From Candidatus Bathyarchaeia archaeon (GTDB lineage Archaea > Thermoproteota > Bathyarchaeia > Bathyarchaeales > Bathycorpusculaceae), in NCBI GenBank assembly GCA_037481775.1, contig JBBFKZ010000012.1:1-52624 (forward strand): a DNA stretch of 52,624 nt, written 5' to 3'. Under the pieces are notes generated by a model. The model saw only the letters and a program-made list of their open reading frames with translations. It was not told the origin of the DNA and did not search any database. A program made the position numbers and the translations under genes. The first letter of the stretch is position 1. Each line of letters begins with the position of its first letter. Below are positions 1 through 9,433 of this stretch, one piece after another.

Positions 1-3
1 TTT

Positions 4-323
4 GGCGGTGGGTCTTAGGCGGGGGGCTAGGGGTCCCTTGCACCATAAACCCTCTACAAGATGGGCTGACAGCTGTGGCTGAGGCGTCAAAGGCCACTTA
101 GGTCTTCCTTTCCGAAACAGTGACTATCCGTCCCTTGGGGCTGGCGGTCAATGAGCAGTTTCCGTAGGGAAGCTGTCTTCATTGTTTGCCAGGCGAACCT
201 GGCTAGGCTCGGGAGAGAGCAACCTAAGTTTGGACGTTCAGCGCTCAAGGGGGTGCGGGTAAGAGCGTAGGGCTTGAAGGCGCTAGGCGGAGTCTAGGCG
301 TCGAACCACAGTGGCCCACCGCT
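4..323 (+). ncRNA. ffs: Archaeal signal recognition particle RNA (7S RNA)
   Basis: Terminal helix GCGGTGGGTC...GGCCCACCGC. Alu-like 5' part TAGGCGGGGGGCTAGGGGTCCCTTG. Helix 6 GCAGTTTCC-GTAG-GGAAGCTGT with GNAR loop. Helix 8 CTAGGCTC-GGGA-GAGAGCAAC (SRP54 site) followed by GGACGTTCAGCGCTCAAGGGGGTGCGGG, as in archaeal SRP RNAs. About 320 nt. Confidence 0.92.
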
Positions 324-397
324 GCTCTTTTTCCATGCTGCGACACCGCAAAATTGAAAAACCCAAACAGCACAATACACACAAAACCACACGAGGC

Positions 398-637
398 ATG
401 GGCAACATGGTTAAGCTGAACAAGACTGACCAACTTGTTATAGACGCCTTAAAAGAAGGCAAAGAATTAACCCTCCAGGAAATTGCTGACAAAATAGGCG
501 AGTCCCCAAAAAAGGTCTTTCGTTCTCTCCGGAAGCTATTTGAAAACGAAATAGTTGACACCAACGCCAGAAAATATAGACTTTCAGGCAAGGACCCGCG
601 CGCCATAGGCGAAGACGACGTAGAACTGCCAGAATAA
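398..637 (+). CDS. Small winged helix-turn-helix DNA-binding protein
   Basis: LTLQEIADKIGESPKKVFRSLRKLFENEIV is an HTH signature. The ORF-track start at 311 overlaps the SRP RNA, so ATG 398 (or 407) is preferred. Confidence 0.75.
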   Translation: MGNMVKLNKTDQLVIDALKEGKELTLQEIADKIGESPKKVFRSLRKLFENEIVDTNARKYRLSGKDPRAIGEDDVELPE

Positions 638-953
638 ATTCAACCCGCCTTGAGCCACATCAAGATAGGGTGCATGTTTGAAGTTACACTTTTCAAGTCT
701 TTAAAATCTCCTTCAATGCGACTTTTCTACTGTGGTATGGTACACTGTTATTTTTTGCTTCATCCGCATGATTTTGATTTCTAAAAAACTGAGGGCTATT
801 CTATTTTTATAAAATCTTATTTTATAACAAAATTTAAATAAAATAACAAAAAATTATTTTGAAGATTTTGAACAAAATGTTAGGAAACGCTCTAAAATAA
901 AAAACAAAAATGCGTAAGGTCGTTTGCTTTTAGTTTTCCCATAATTCCGCTTC

Positions 954-1631
954 TCAATAAACGTACGTTATTGTTACTGCCAATCGAACTGTTTCAGATG
1001 ACGGGTTTCTCACAGTGACTTGCAAAGATACGGGAAATGTCAGATCAGCAACAGGAATTAATGCAGTACTCGTGTAATAATATTCTCCACTCCCAGGAGA
1101 TAAGCGAAGCGTTCCCTTTCTGGAAATGTACAATTTTGAGTTTACTTCAACCTCTATTTCGAGTGTACCCGTCTCGGCGTAACCCTGTTCCGGTATCTTC
1201 TGAACCCTTACCAGCAATAAGCCGGGATAGTTTGCGTAAAAGGTTTGCCATGTTTTAAACGAGTTAGGCTGATAGATGAGTGTTTCATTATCTACCCAAA
1301 CAACAGACTTTTTCATGCTGGTTATTTCTGTAAGATTTAATATCTGCGACTCCAAAGAAGCGATCTCTTCATTTAAGGCGTTAATTTGAGTTTGCATATT
1401 AGTTTTGTCTGTCTCTAAATCGTTCACTTGACTTTCCAATTGATTCTTATCCCCTTCAAGGCTACTGACTTGAGTTTGTAAACTGTTCACCTGATTCTGT
1501 AGAGTCTCATTTTCAAGGAAGAACCACATATTAGATAGGGTAAGTGCAATCACTAGGACAGCACAAACTATTAAACCAACTTTTGTTTTTCCAACCCTCT
1601 CTTTCTTAGCGTCTGCCATCCTGAAAACCAT
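954..1631 (-). CDS. Membrane-anchored coiled-coil protein, unknown function
   Basis: N-terminal TM helix (GLIVCAVLVIALTLSNMWFF), heptad coiled coil (LQNQVNSLQTQVSSLEGDKNQLESQV...), beta-rich C-terminal domain. Confidence 0.7.
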   Translation of the reverse strand: MVFRMADAKKERVGKTKVGLIVCAVLVIALTLSNMWFFLENETLQNQVNSLQTQVSSLEGDKNQLESQVNDLETDKTNMQTQINALNEEIASLESQILNLTEITSMKKSVVWVDNETLIYQPNSFKTWQTFYANYPGLLLVRVQKIPEQGYAETGTLEIEVEVNSKLYISRKGTLRLSPGSGEYYYTSTALIPVADLTFPVSLQVTVRNPSSETVRLAVTITYVY

Positions 1632-1826
1632 GAAACAGTTACCTTTTTCACTCCTATTAAAATTTTTGTACTTTTCATTAAAATCGCCTTATTTTCCATG
1701 TTGATATGAACTTGAGTTTACCTGTTCATTCAATTTTTCAGGCGTTAACTAAAGAGTTTAAGTTGCTTATCGCTTCAGGACTTCTACGACTCAGGCAAGC
1801 CGTTTCTAAGAATTCCACTAATGAAA

Positions 1827-1950
1827 AATGCTAATAACAATGTTGAAGACACCGATAAACGGGAGAACACTATTATTAGCATTACAACTTTTTGTATTGC
1901 TAATTAATAGCATTATTATTAACAATGCAACTTTTGCGTTACTAATAATT
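1827..1950. repeat. AT-rich inverted plus tandem repeat cluster
   Basis: Inverted repeat 1827-1844 / 1866-1883 (16/18). Direct repeat TATTATTAGCATTACAACTTTT (1871-1892) vs TATTATTAACAATGCAACTTTT (1914-1935), 19/22, period 43 bp. Confidence 0.55.
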
Positions 1951-2493
1951 TCTGATTAGTTTGTCAGTTGGTAAGGTTTTTCTTGCAGGCTTGCGCCACA
2001 TAAGGGACATTTAATTATTTTTATAGGTGTTTGCTCTTCTTGTTGTTTCTGCTTTTGCGGTAGCGTGCCAGCAATGAAACTTAAAGTTTGCAACCATTTG
2101 CAGCCCTTTTTTGAAGGAAAGGCTCCACAACTTGCGCTCTGAACTGACCTCTAAGTTGGCTTATTTGCTCCCTTGCGTAAAACAAAAAATCTTGTAAAGC
2201 TAGGTTCGGTTGAGTTTGATGTTGAACCTGAATTTCCTGTGAAAGGTAGGTCTGTTGGCTAGGAAGCTCTAAAGCAGTTTAAGAGTATGTTTGAAGGCTT
2301 ACATAAGGAAGGCAAAATCTAACACCGTTAGTATACTCTTTTCTCTTTTTCCAATTTTGCAGTTGGCAGTAAACGTATTTTCCATGAACTTAAGTTTTTA
2401 TGCTTATGTCTTTGCGGTGGTTTAATGGGTCAAGACGAGTTTGTTGTTGTCCGTCGGGTCGACCTGAATAAGTTGTTGGAGGAATTGGAGAAT

Positions 2494-3684
2494 TTAAGGA
2501 AACTTTTCAAGGAGAGGCATCCCCCAGTTCAGCAGTGCGCGAACAAGCTGTTCCAAACACTCGAGCCTAGCTATTATGGCTTCGTCCTTCTTACGCTCTT
2601 CTGCTTCCATCTCTGTGGCAAGTTCCTTGTCGATTATGTAACCGCAGTAATGGCACCTTATCGCGTCAGGCGAGTTTCTAGTCCCGCACCTCGGGCACTC
2701 CGCCGCTTTTAATACCCCATCTATTTTTCCTGTCTGTTTTAGTCCATGAAGCTCCAGCACAGCCTCCTCAAGATCTCGGGCTGAGAAATGGCCATATAGC
2801 CGTGCCATCTTTGAACCTTGAACCCAGCCCGCGTACTGTTCAAGCCTTGATTCTGTGAAGACCCTTGCAAGGCTTGTTAGCGCAGAGTGCCTCATTGAGT
2901 ATGGCCAGACGGCCTTCTTTATATGGGCTTTTTTTGACAAACCTCTTGAGCAGCTTGCGGAGGTAACTGTAGCTTACGCATCCGCCTTTGGAGTTGTTGC
3001 TGAGGGCTACCCATAAAGGCGCGTTTAAATCCAGTTTCTTCGGGCGCTTCTGGGGCCATTCCATTAATGGTTTGTGTGATGCCACTAGAGGTATGCGCCT
3101 CAGCCCAGTTTTGCCATTAGCCGCTATTAGGCAGTATTCGTCCTTGAACTCCACGCTTGCAACGCTCATAGTTAAAAGCTCTCCCGACCTAAGCGCGGCC
3201 TCAAAGAGAACCGACACCAACGCTCTGTCCCTTTCTTTTTCAGCCTCCCTAACCATTGCTTTGATGTCTTCGGCTGTTAGGAGGCGTTCAGGCGCGACTC
3301 TGCTGTCTTTGTCGTCGGCTTTCACTTCAATCCATGATGCTTCAGGCGGGACTGGGGGTTTTCTGTGGCAGCTTCCACACTTGGCGTATTGTAGTAGCTT
3401 CTTGACTGTAAGCTTAAGTCCGTGCTTGGTCAAGATTTATAGGGTTGGCTGTTTATCTATGCGACTGCTTTCTCTGCATCAGTTCTGCTTGCAGCCGCAG
3501 GATCGAAGGGGGTATTTTCGTATAGTATGCATAGTTGTGTGGCGTACTTCAGAACCCTTGATGTTGAGAGGCCTAAGGCCTGGAGGTGGTCAAGGAATCT
3601 CAGCAATAGTTCTTCGTGTTGTAATTTGGCAAGCTTTTGCCTGGTTGCCTCGAGCCGTTTAGCGGAATTGTGTATGTCGGTCAT
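2494..3684 (-). pseudogene. Disrupted tyrosine recombinase/integrase with C-terminal zinc ribbon
   Basis: Three collinear fragments (3457-3684, 2840-3433, 2494-2940). Motifs: FEAALRSGEL (catalytic R), NGKTG (K), YSMRHS, YAGW, ARLYGH (catalytic Y), then CPRCG...CHYCG. In-frame TAG at 3457-3459 and frameshifts near 3433 and 2940. Confidence 0.88.
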
Positions 3685-3755
3685 TTCAAAGGTACTGGAT
3701 CCTGTGATCTTAAAAATCGCGTTTATGGCGAAGGCCCCAGAACTAGAGGTATTAG

Positions 3756-3829
3756 AGCCTCGAGCGGGCCTTGATCCCGCGACCTGCTGCTTACAAGGCA
3801 GCCGCTCTACCGGGCTGAGCTATCGAGGC
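3756..3829 (-). tRNA. tRNA-Thr(TGT), intronless, CCA not encoded
   Basis: Reverse complement GCCTCGA TA GCTC AGCCCGGTA GAGC G GCTGC CTTGTAA GCAGC AGGTC GCGGG ATCAAGG CCCGC TCGAGGC T forms a full cloverleaf with anticodon TGT. Confidence 0.95.
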
Positions 3830-3906
3830 GCGCACTTGCGTAATAAGCATCTTGCATATAGTAAATAAAAACTTTCACCACGTGTAGCCGCAGTTTGATA
3901 TGATTC

Positions 3907-4215
3907 TTAATGGCTTTGTTTTGTGGCATCTTTGAGTTCGCGCGCAAACTTCTCCAGAGCCTTGACCGCTTTGCTGATGTCCACTGTATACTTGTGGATG
4001 ATGTTGACGAAGGCGCTTCCTACAATTACGCCGTCAGCACCGCTTTGAATTATTCGCCGTACATGCTCAGATTTTGAGACGCCTTCGGCGCCAGCGCCTA
4101 GCGATGCGGCATGCTTGCCTGTTTCTATGCCTTCGCCGCCGGCTTCAACACCATACAACTTAACTTTCCCGTCGTTTTCGAACGGGTAGAATGTGCCTAT
4201 GGCGTTGCTGCCCCC
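3907..4215 (-). pseudogene. Chimeric trpB/trpA remnant (tryptophan synthase deletion scar)
   Basis: [39 protein letters not shown] is an internal TrpB segment. It is fused in frame to [26 protein letters not shown]...ELKDAT, the TrpA C-terminus. Confidence 0.85.
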
Positions 4216-4388
4216 GTGATTACGTGTATTCTGCGCGGGATTTTGAAGTTTGGGGGTAATTGACTTATCACGCAATATTGTGCTTGCAGAGTTTGCGAAA
4301 GTTGCTTTCTGGTTTGCTTGAATTCACCATTAAAGGAGGAATACGAAGATTTGAATAGGCTTTAACTTGCACGGAATTAAGCATGGTA

Positions 4389-4928
4389 CTACCGTTTAGC
4401 TCGTGATAGCCTACGGTAAAGTTTTACGAGGCAGAACTTAACAAAATAAGCAACATCAGGCGTGAATATAGAGAATGCTGCCAACGTGAAATTGAATGGG
4501 AAGACAAGCCAGTGCTCAAAAATGTTGCCCCAGCCGCCGCCTGCGCCCCATGGACCAATTATATTCAACGAGTATCCCCAGTACTGAACTGCAGACCAAG
4601 CTGCCGTCTGCAGCAAAGCACCACCGAGCCTATACAGATACTTGACTTTCCCCTGAACTGCTGTGCCCCTGTAATTGCTGGCTAACAGTTCGCCTGCAAC
4701 GCCGCCGGCGCCTCCGGGGAAAAACGCGTTGACGAGGATTTTCTCCAGCATGTTTCCTGGAATGTAATGGTCAATCCAGAAACCGGGAAAATTCAAAATA
4801 GGTATCTCCACACTTTTTGTGACGAAACGGATGGCCACAGGTATGCCGTAAATTACGGCGCCGCCTATTTCCCAGCGCCAAAATCGCTTGCTTCTTAAGG
4901 TAGCCGCCACTGCTTTTGGGAACTTCAT
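4389..4928 (-). CDS. Hypothetical integral membrane protein
   Basis: 179 aa, several hydrophobic Gly-rich segments. Same strand as, and downstream of, the first ECF S-like gene. Confidence 0.7.
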   Translation of the reverse strand: MKFPKAVAATLRSKRFWRWEIGGAVIYGIPVAIRFVTKSVEIPILNFPGFWIDHYIPGNMLEKILVNAFFPGGAGGVAGELLASNYRGTAVQGKVKYLYRLGGALLQTAAWSAVQYWGYSLNIIGPWGAGGGWGNIFEHWLVFPFNFTLAAFSIFTPDVAYFVKFCLVKLYRRLSRAKR

Positions 4929-5044
4929 ACTTTCTTAGGAGATTACAAGATTTAAAAGGTCTTCCGAAAAAAGTCGCCTTAAGTTCAAAATTAGCGCAGT
5001 AACATGCCTGTCAGTATGAAAAATATGTTTGTGTGATAGCCGAT

Positions 5045-5827
5045 TCAAGCGAGCGATTGCTGTTGCTTCTTTCCGTTAAGAGCTGATAGTATGGTTTCTC
5101 TTTGCCAGAGCCAAGGTGTTCCTTCGAGGGTTTTCATAAGCGGGACAGCGATGAGTGTGGCAATGAAGGCTTGAATAAGTCGGATAGCAGGGTAAGCGAA
5201 TGGACTCGCCAAGAAGAGAAAGCGAACCGTGTCAACAGACATTCCGAATATTCCTTCATAAACTGGCGGCGTTGCGAAGATGAAGGAGCCCCACATATTG
5301 TCAGACTGGTTTCCTATGAATGTGAGGAGGAAATAGAAAAGGGAGCCTTGTCCAGCGGATAATTTTTTGGTGAATTTTACGCAGGGCAGGATTAAGAGAA
5401 GAGCGATGATCTTGTCGAATAGAACCGCTATTGCAATGTAAAAGTTTTCGGTTATAGGCTGAACAGGCGGAGTGAAAACGAAGGCTATCAGGAGAAGGCT
5501 GAATATGAGAAAACTGCCTTTCCACTTTCTGTAAAATATCAGCCCAGTTACTAGCGCGTTAATCGGCGGAGATAGCAAGAATGGTAAACCGTAGGGACTC
5601 ATGTTTCCAGGTGGCAGAGACCACGCAACGATGGCGCCGATGAAAGCGGTTAAAGAACCAAGGTAAGGTCCCAGAATTAGGCCGAATATTGATGCGATTA
5701 GCGCTTCTAAGCTTATTTTTATTTCTGGGACTGCTATTGCGGGGATGTAGGGCGTTATTAACGAGAGAACATAGTATAAGGCTGCGAATATCGCGGCAAG
5801 TGCGACGTTACGTGAGGTCAATTTCAA
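5045..5827 (-). CDS. ECF transporter S-component-like membrane protein
   Basis: N-terminal SRNVALAAIFAALY (AxxxA motif), LIASIFGLILGPYLGSLTAFIG typical of ECF S components, multiple TM helices. Paralog of 9434-10231. Confidence 0.7.
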   Translation of the reverse strand: MKLTSRNVALAAIFAALYYVLSLITPYIPAIAVPEIKISLEALIASIFGLILGPYLGSLTAFIGAIVAWSLPPGNMSPYGLPFLLSPPINALVTGLIFYRKWKGSFLIFSLLLIAFVFTPPVQPITENFYIAIAVLFDKIIALLLILPCVKFTKKLSAGQGSLFYFLLTFIGNQSDNMWGSFIFATPPVYEGIFGMSVDTVRFLFLASPFAYPAIRLIQAFIATLIAVPLMKTLEGTPWLWQRETILSALNGKKQQQSLA

Positions 5828-5844
5828 GTTTCCACGAGCCTACA

Positions 5845-5890
5845 TGTAAAACTTTTCAATGGTTTGTAATTTTTTACATAAGATATAAAA
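5845..5890 (-). promoter_or_regulatory. Tandem TGTAA-N4-TTACA operator plus TATA box of the first ECF-S gene
   Basis: TGTAATTTTTTACA at 5865-5878 and a degenerate copy TGTAAAACTTTTCA at 5845-5858. Minus-strand TTTTATAT at 5883-5890. Same layout at 10244-10290. Confidence 0.7.
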
Positions 5891-6241
5891 GACTTGCGGT
5901 CACAATGCGCCCAGAACATTTAAGCAACAGAATTATGCGGGAAATTACAGCAATACCTAAAATTGTGGACAAGCTCTCACCTAATTTTTCAGAAACAGTC
6001 GAACAGGGACGCATTCATTATTCTCACCAGCACCTTGAGGTTAACAAGGCATTTTGCCTAACAATCAAAACTCTTGGCCCTAAAAAGTGCAAAAGAATTT
6101 CCATAGTTCACCCAATCCCAAGAGAGCAGTTGGCTTTAACAATAATTCCTGGAAAGCAGACAAAACTTTTATTCGAGTGTGAAAAATTACATTCGATTGA
6201 AAAAGACTAAACAGCCACACAGCCCCAAGCGTGAAGGCAAC

Positions 6242-6907
6242 TTGACTGAGAAATTAGCAGCTTTAGGCTTTTCAAAAGGCCTAATCGTTGAAACAATAGT
6301 TTCCACCTACGACTCAAATGGCCGGCCAAACGCTGCGCCAATGGGTGTCACCATGGAAAACGCGCAGCAGATAACAATTAAGCCGTACATCACAACATTA
6401 ACATATAAGAACCTCCAGCAACAGAAGTGCGCAGTAATAAACATAACCAGCAACCCTGAACTATATTATTGCACGGCGTTTAAAGAAGTCAACCCCGCGG
6501 GCATCTTGTCGCAAGAATTATTTGAAAAAGCAGAGACTGTTAACGCGCCTAAACTACGAACCGCAGACGCACACATTGAGGTCTCAGTAGCGAAAATAGA
6601 TGCGGACAAAAGCGAGAGAGCAACAGTTCATTGCAAAGTAAGGCTGATAAAATCGCCAAGGAGGCTGCCAACAGTCTACTGCCGCGCTACAGCAGCAACT
6701 ATTGAAGCCATAATCCACGCAACCCGAGTAAAAGCACTATGCAATGATAAAAATGAGCAGGAGCACGTGAAGGAACTGCTGAGGATGATTGAGAACTGCG
6801 GCGACATCGTAAACCGTGTAGCACCCAATTCCCGATACTCCGAAGTTATGGCGGATCTAAACAAGAGAATCAAATCATGGAGGGAAAAAAGTGAAAGTCT
6901 ACGTTAA
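6242..6907 (+). CDS. DUF447 family protein (FMN-binding split-barrel-like)
   Basis: ETIVSTYDSNGRPNAAPMGV and RATAATIEAIIHATRV motifs. TTG 6242 preferred over the track start 6179. Overlaps the next gene. Confidence 0.8.
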   Translation: MTEKLAALGFSKGLIVETIVSTYDSNGRPNAAPMGVTMENAQQITIKPYITTLTYKNLQQQKCAVINITSNPELYYCTAFKEVNPAGILSQELFEKAETVNAPKLRTADAHIEVSVAKIDADKSERATVHCKVRLIKSPRRLPTVYCRATAATIEAIIHATRVKALCNDKNEQEHVKELLRMIENCGDIVNRVAPNSRYSEVMADLNKRIKSWREKSESLR

Positions 6908-7859
6908 AACTTCCGCTAGGCTGCACATGGGCCTAATCGATCTAAACGGTAACATAGGTCGCATCTTCGGCGGATTAGGCGTTGGAATAAAGTACCCAAA
7001 CGTTATTTTGGAAGCACAGCAGGCGGAAGCATTATGCGTAACAGGTGAAAAAATCGAGCAAGTAAAAGCGCTTGCCCAGCGCTTCTTCGACTTTTACCGT
7101 ATAAAAGCCAAAGCAAAGATTCATGTTAAGCAAACAATTCCGGAACATGTAGGTTTAGGTTCTGGAACGCAATTAGCCCTTGCCGTAGCCACGGCACTCG
7201 CAAAACTTTTTAATGTGAAAGCTTCAACAGCTGAACTTGCTCTTGCAATGGGCAGAGCAAAAAGATCTGGAATAGGCACAACAGTTTTCGAGAAAGGCGG
7301 CTTTGTAGTGGATGGCGGAAAAACCGTAAAGAACAATGCAGCGGTCACTGAATGTTTTCCTCCCCCAATTTTCCACATGCCTTTCCCAGAAAAATGGACT
7401 TTCGTAGTTGCCATCCCGAACACCAAAAAAGGCTTATCAAAAGACGCGGAAATTGCAGCATTTAACCAACTGCCACCCATGCCAGCGGAAAAAGTTGGAG
7501 AAATATGCCGTTTAATAATGTTAAAACTTCTTCCAGCTTTAGTTGAGCAAGACATAAAAAGCTTCGGTGAAGCCTTAACCCAAATTCAAATAATCGTTGG
7601 AACCCACTTTGCTCCCGCTCAAGGCGGAACATACTCAAGCGAAACTACCACCGAAGGCATACATCTATTGCAGAAGCTCGGCGTTCACGGAGTAGGGCAA
7701 AGTTCATGGGGACCCACCTTTTATGGATTATGCCAAAATGAAAAAGAAGCGGAAGTAATGCAAGAAAAAATACGGGCATTCCTAAATAATGGTGTGGGCG
7801 GGCAAGTTTTCACAACAAAAGCAAACAATAAGGGCGTAACTATCAGAGTTTGGTGCTGA
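6891..7859 (+). CDS. mptG: Beta-ribofuranosylaminobenzene 5'-phosphate (RFAP) synthase, GHMP fold
   Basis: ARLHMGLIDLNG...FGGLG, PEHVGLGSGTQL, RSGIG...FEKGGFVVDGG, GQSSWGPT. Confidence 0.88.
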   Translation: MKVYVKTSARLHMGLIDLNGNIGRIFGGLGVGIKYPNVILEAQQAEALCVTGEKIEQVKALAQRFFDFYRIKAKAKIHVKQTIPEHVGLGSGTQLALAVATALAKLFNVKASTAELALAMGRAKRSGIGTTVFEKGGFVVDGGKTVKNNAAVTECFPPPIFHMPFPEKWTFVVAIPNTKKGLSKDAEIAAFNQLPPMPAEKVGEICRLIMLKLLPALVEQDIKSFGEALTQIQIIVGTHFAPAQGGTYSSETTTEGIHLLQKLGVHGVGQSSWGPTFYGLCQNEKEAEVMQEKIRAFLNNGVGGQVFTTKANNKGVTIRVWC

Positions 7860-7862
7860 AGC

Positions 7863-9425
7863 TTGAAAGTGCTATTGGTAACAGGGTTACTTGCTGAGGA
7901 AACTGTGAAGCGTTATGCACAAGAAAGTAAAGTGGAGGCAGAAGTTCTCGCATTAAATATTTCTGTTGCAGCACTGTTAACACCTGAGCGTATTGCCGAT
8001 GAACTTAAAAACTTGAAACAAGGCGATTTCGACGTAATCCTAATTCCTGGATTAACTCGCGGCGACGCCGCAGTTATTGCAGCAACAACAGGAATCCCAA
8101 CTTTCAAAGGTCCCAGATACGCGTCGGATTTACCCATCGTCTTGGAAGTTTTAGACAGCGTCAAGCTATCAACGGTTAAGCCTGCATGTGTTATACTGCA
8201 AGAAATGCTTCAACGAAAAGCGTTGCAGGAACTAGAATTGGTGGAAAAAAACAGGATTGCCCTGCTGGCAAAACCGGGAAACATGCTGATCAATGATTTA
8301 GCCATAGGCAGAGATTTTCCGATGCGGGTTATGGCAGAAATAGTCGATGCAGCGTTAATGAGTAATGATGAAATTAAAAAATTAGCAAAAAAGTACGTGA
8401 ATGCAGGCGCAGACATAATTGACGTAGGCATGGTTTCAGGCGGGTCAAGACCTTCTGATGCAAGACGCGGTGTTGAAGCTGTAAAAAGCATTGTAAACGT
8501 GCCAGTGAGCATAGATTCACTTGATCCCGTCGAGATCAGAGAAGCGGTTTCTGCTGGCGCCGATATCGTGTTAAGCGCTGACGCAGGAAACATCGAGGAG
8601 ATAGCGCCGTTCTGCTCGAATGTAGCTGTTGTGGTTATCCCTACAAATCAGCGTGAAGGATATTTTCCCAAGAAGGCAGAAGAGCGCGTTAAATTTCTGG
8701 AAGAATTAATGGATAAGGCCAAAGCGCTGGGCATGACAAGGCTTATAGGCGATTTGATTCTTGACCCAACAAACGTGATAGAATCATTAATTGCTTACCG
8801 CAAATTTGCAGAAAGGAACCCACATATACCACTTTTCGTGGGAGTTTCCAATATCACCGAATTAATTGATGCAGACTCCGTAGGCGTTAATGCGTTATTG
8901 GCTTGGCTTTCAGCAGAAGCAGGTGCAAACATCTTGTTAGCCACAGAGAAAAGCGCCAAAGCAAGGGGCAGTGTAAGTGAGGAGGTGACCGCGGCCAAGA
9001 TGATGTTTCTGGCAAAAAAGCGCGGTTCAGTTCCCAAAGATTTAGGACTTGACTTACTGATTTTGAAAAACAAGCGCCTACATGAAGAAATATACGATGA
9101 AAAAATAGAAACTGCCGTAAACATCGCTATCGCTGATGAAAAGAAAACGCCAACAGTTTTAGATCCAAAAGGTGCATTCAAAATTTTGATAGACCGCAGT
9201 GCAGACGCTATTGTTGCACTGCATTTTGCTACATCAGAAGACGCTAAGCCAAGCAAGATAATTAAGGGAAAAACAGCAGAAGCAGTCTACAAGAAAATAG
9301 TTGAAAATGGCTTGGTTTCACGACTTGATCACGCCGCCTATTTAGGAAGTGAGTTGGCAAAGGCTGAAATTGCGCTTAGAACAGGCAAAGCGTACGTGCA
9401 AGACGCTGCGTTGTTTAGGCAGTGA
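7863..9425 (+). CDS. Archaeal dihydropteroate synthase-like protein with C-terminal DUF4346-type domain
   Basis: MKVLLVTGLLA start, pterin-binding barrel (GADIIDVG, PVSIDS, GVSNITELIDADSVGVNALL), C-terminal DPKGAFKI...SRLDHAAYLGSELAKAEIAL...YVQD. Confidence 0.85.
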   Translation: MKVLLVTGLLAEETVKRYAQESKVEAEVLALNISVAALLTPERIADELKNLKQGDFDVILIPGLTRGDAAVIAATTGIPTFKGPRYASDLPIVLEVLDSVKLSTVKPACVILQEMLQRKALQELELVEKNRIALLAKPGNMLINDLAIGRDFPMRVMAEIVDAALMSNDEIKKLAKKYVNAGADIIDVGMVSGGSRPSDARRGVEAVKSIVNVPVSIDSLDPVEIREAVSAGADIVLSADAGNIEEIAPFCSNVAVVVIPTNQREGYFPKKAEERVKFLEELMDKAKALGMTRLIGDLILDPTNVIESLIAYRKFAERNPHIPLFVGVSNITELIDADSVGVNALLAWLSAEAGANILLATEKSAKARGSVSEEVTAAKMMFLAKKRGSVPKDLGLDLLILKNKRLHEEIYDEKIETAVNIAIADEKKTPTVLDPKGAFKILIDRSADAIVALHFATSEDAKPSKIIKGKTAEAVYKKIVENGLVSRLDHAAYLGSELAKAEIALRTGKAYVQDAALFRQ

Positions 9426-9433
9426 TGATTCAA

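Larger units (their letters stand above)
660..3755. mobile_element. Probable decayed integrative element inserted at the tRNA-Thr 3' end (left boundary uncertain)
   Basis: Integrase pseudogene starts about 70 bp downstream of the tRNA 3' end. The adjacent DNA is AT-rich and gene-poor with ORF remnants. No att duplication was found by eye. Confidence 0.45.

Noticed and set aside
4-323. RNase P RNA or protein-coding ORFs (245-433, 283-606, start at 311) in the GC-rich 5' region
   Set aside because: No RNase P P4 consensus (GAGGAAAGTCC) on either strand. SRP helices 6 and 8 explain the region; the ORFs are antisense or overlap the RNA.
638-700. attR copy of the tRNA-Thr 3' end (CCCGCCTTGAGCC...)
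   Set aside because: Only scattered short matches, not a convincing direct repeat.
780-915. Very AT-rich tract with AACAAAA repeats as a replication origin
   Set aside because: No ORB-like G-string boxes and no cdc6/orc1 nearby; low complexity explains the repeats.
2988-3868. Plus-strand ORFs of 224 aa and 113 aa
   Set aside because: Antisense shadows of the integrase pseudogene and the tRNA.
5689-6210. 173-aa plus-strand ORF
   Set aside because: Overlaps the ECF-S gene antisense and runs through its promoter and operator; no recognisable motifs.
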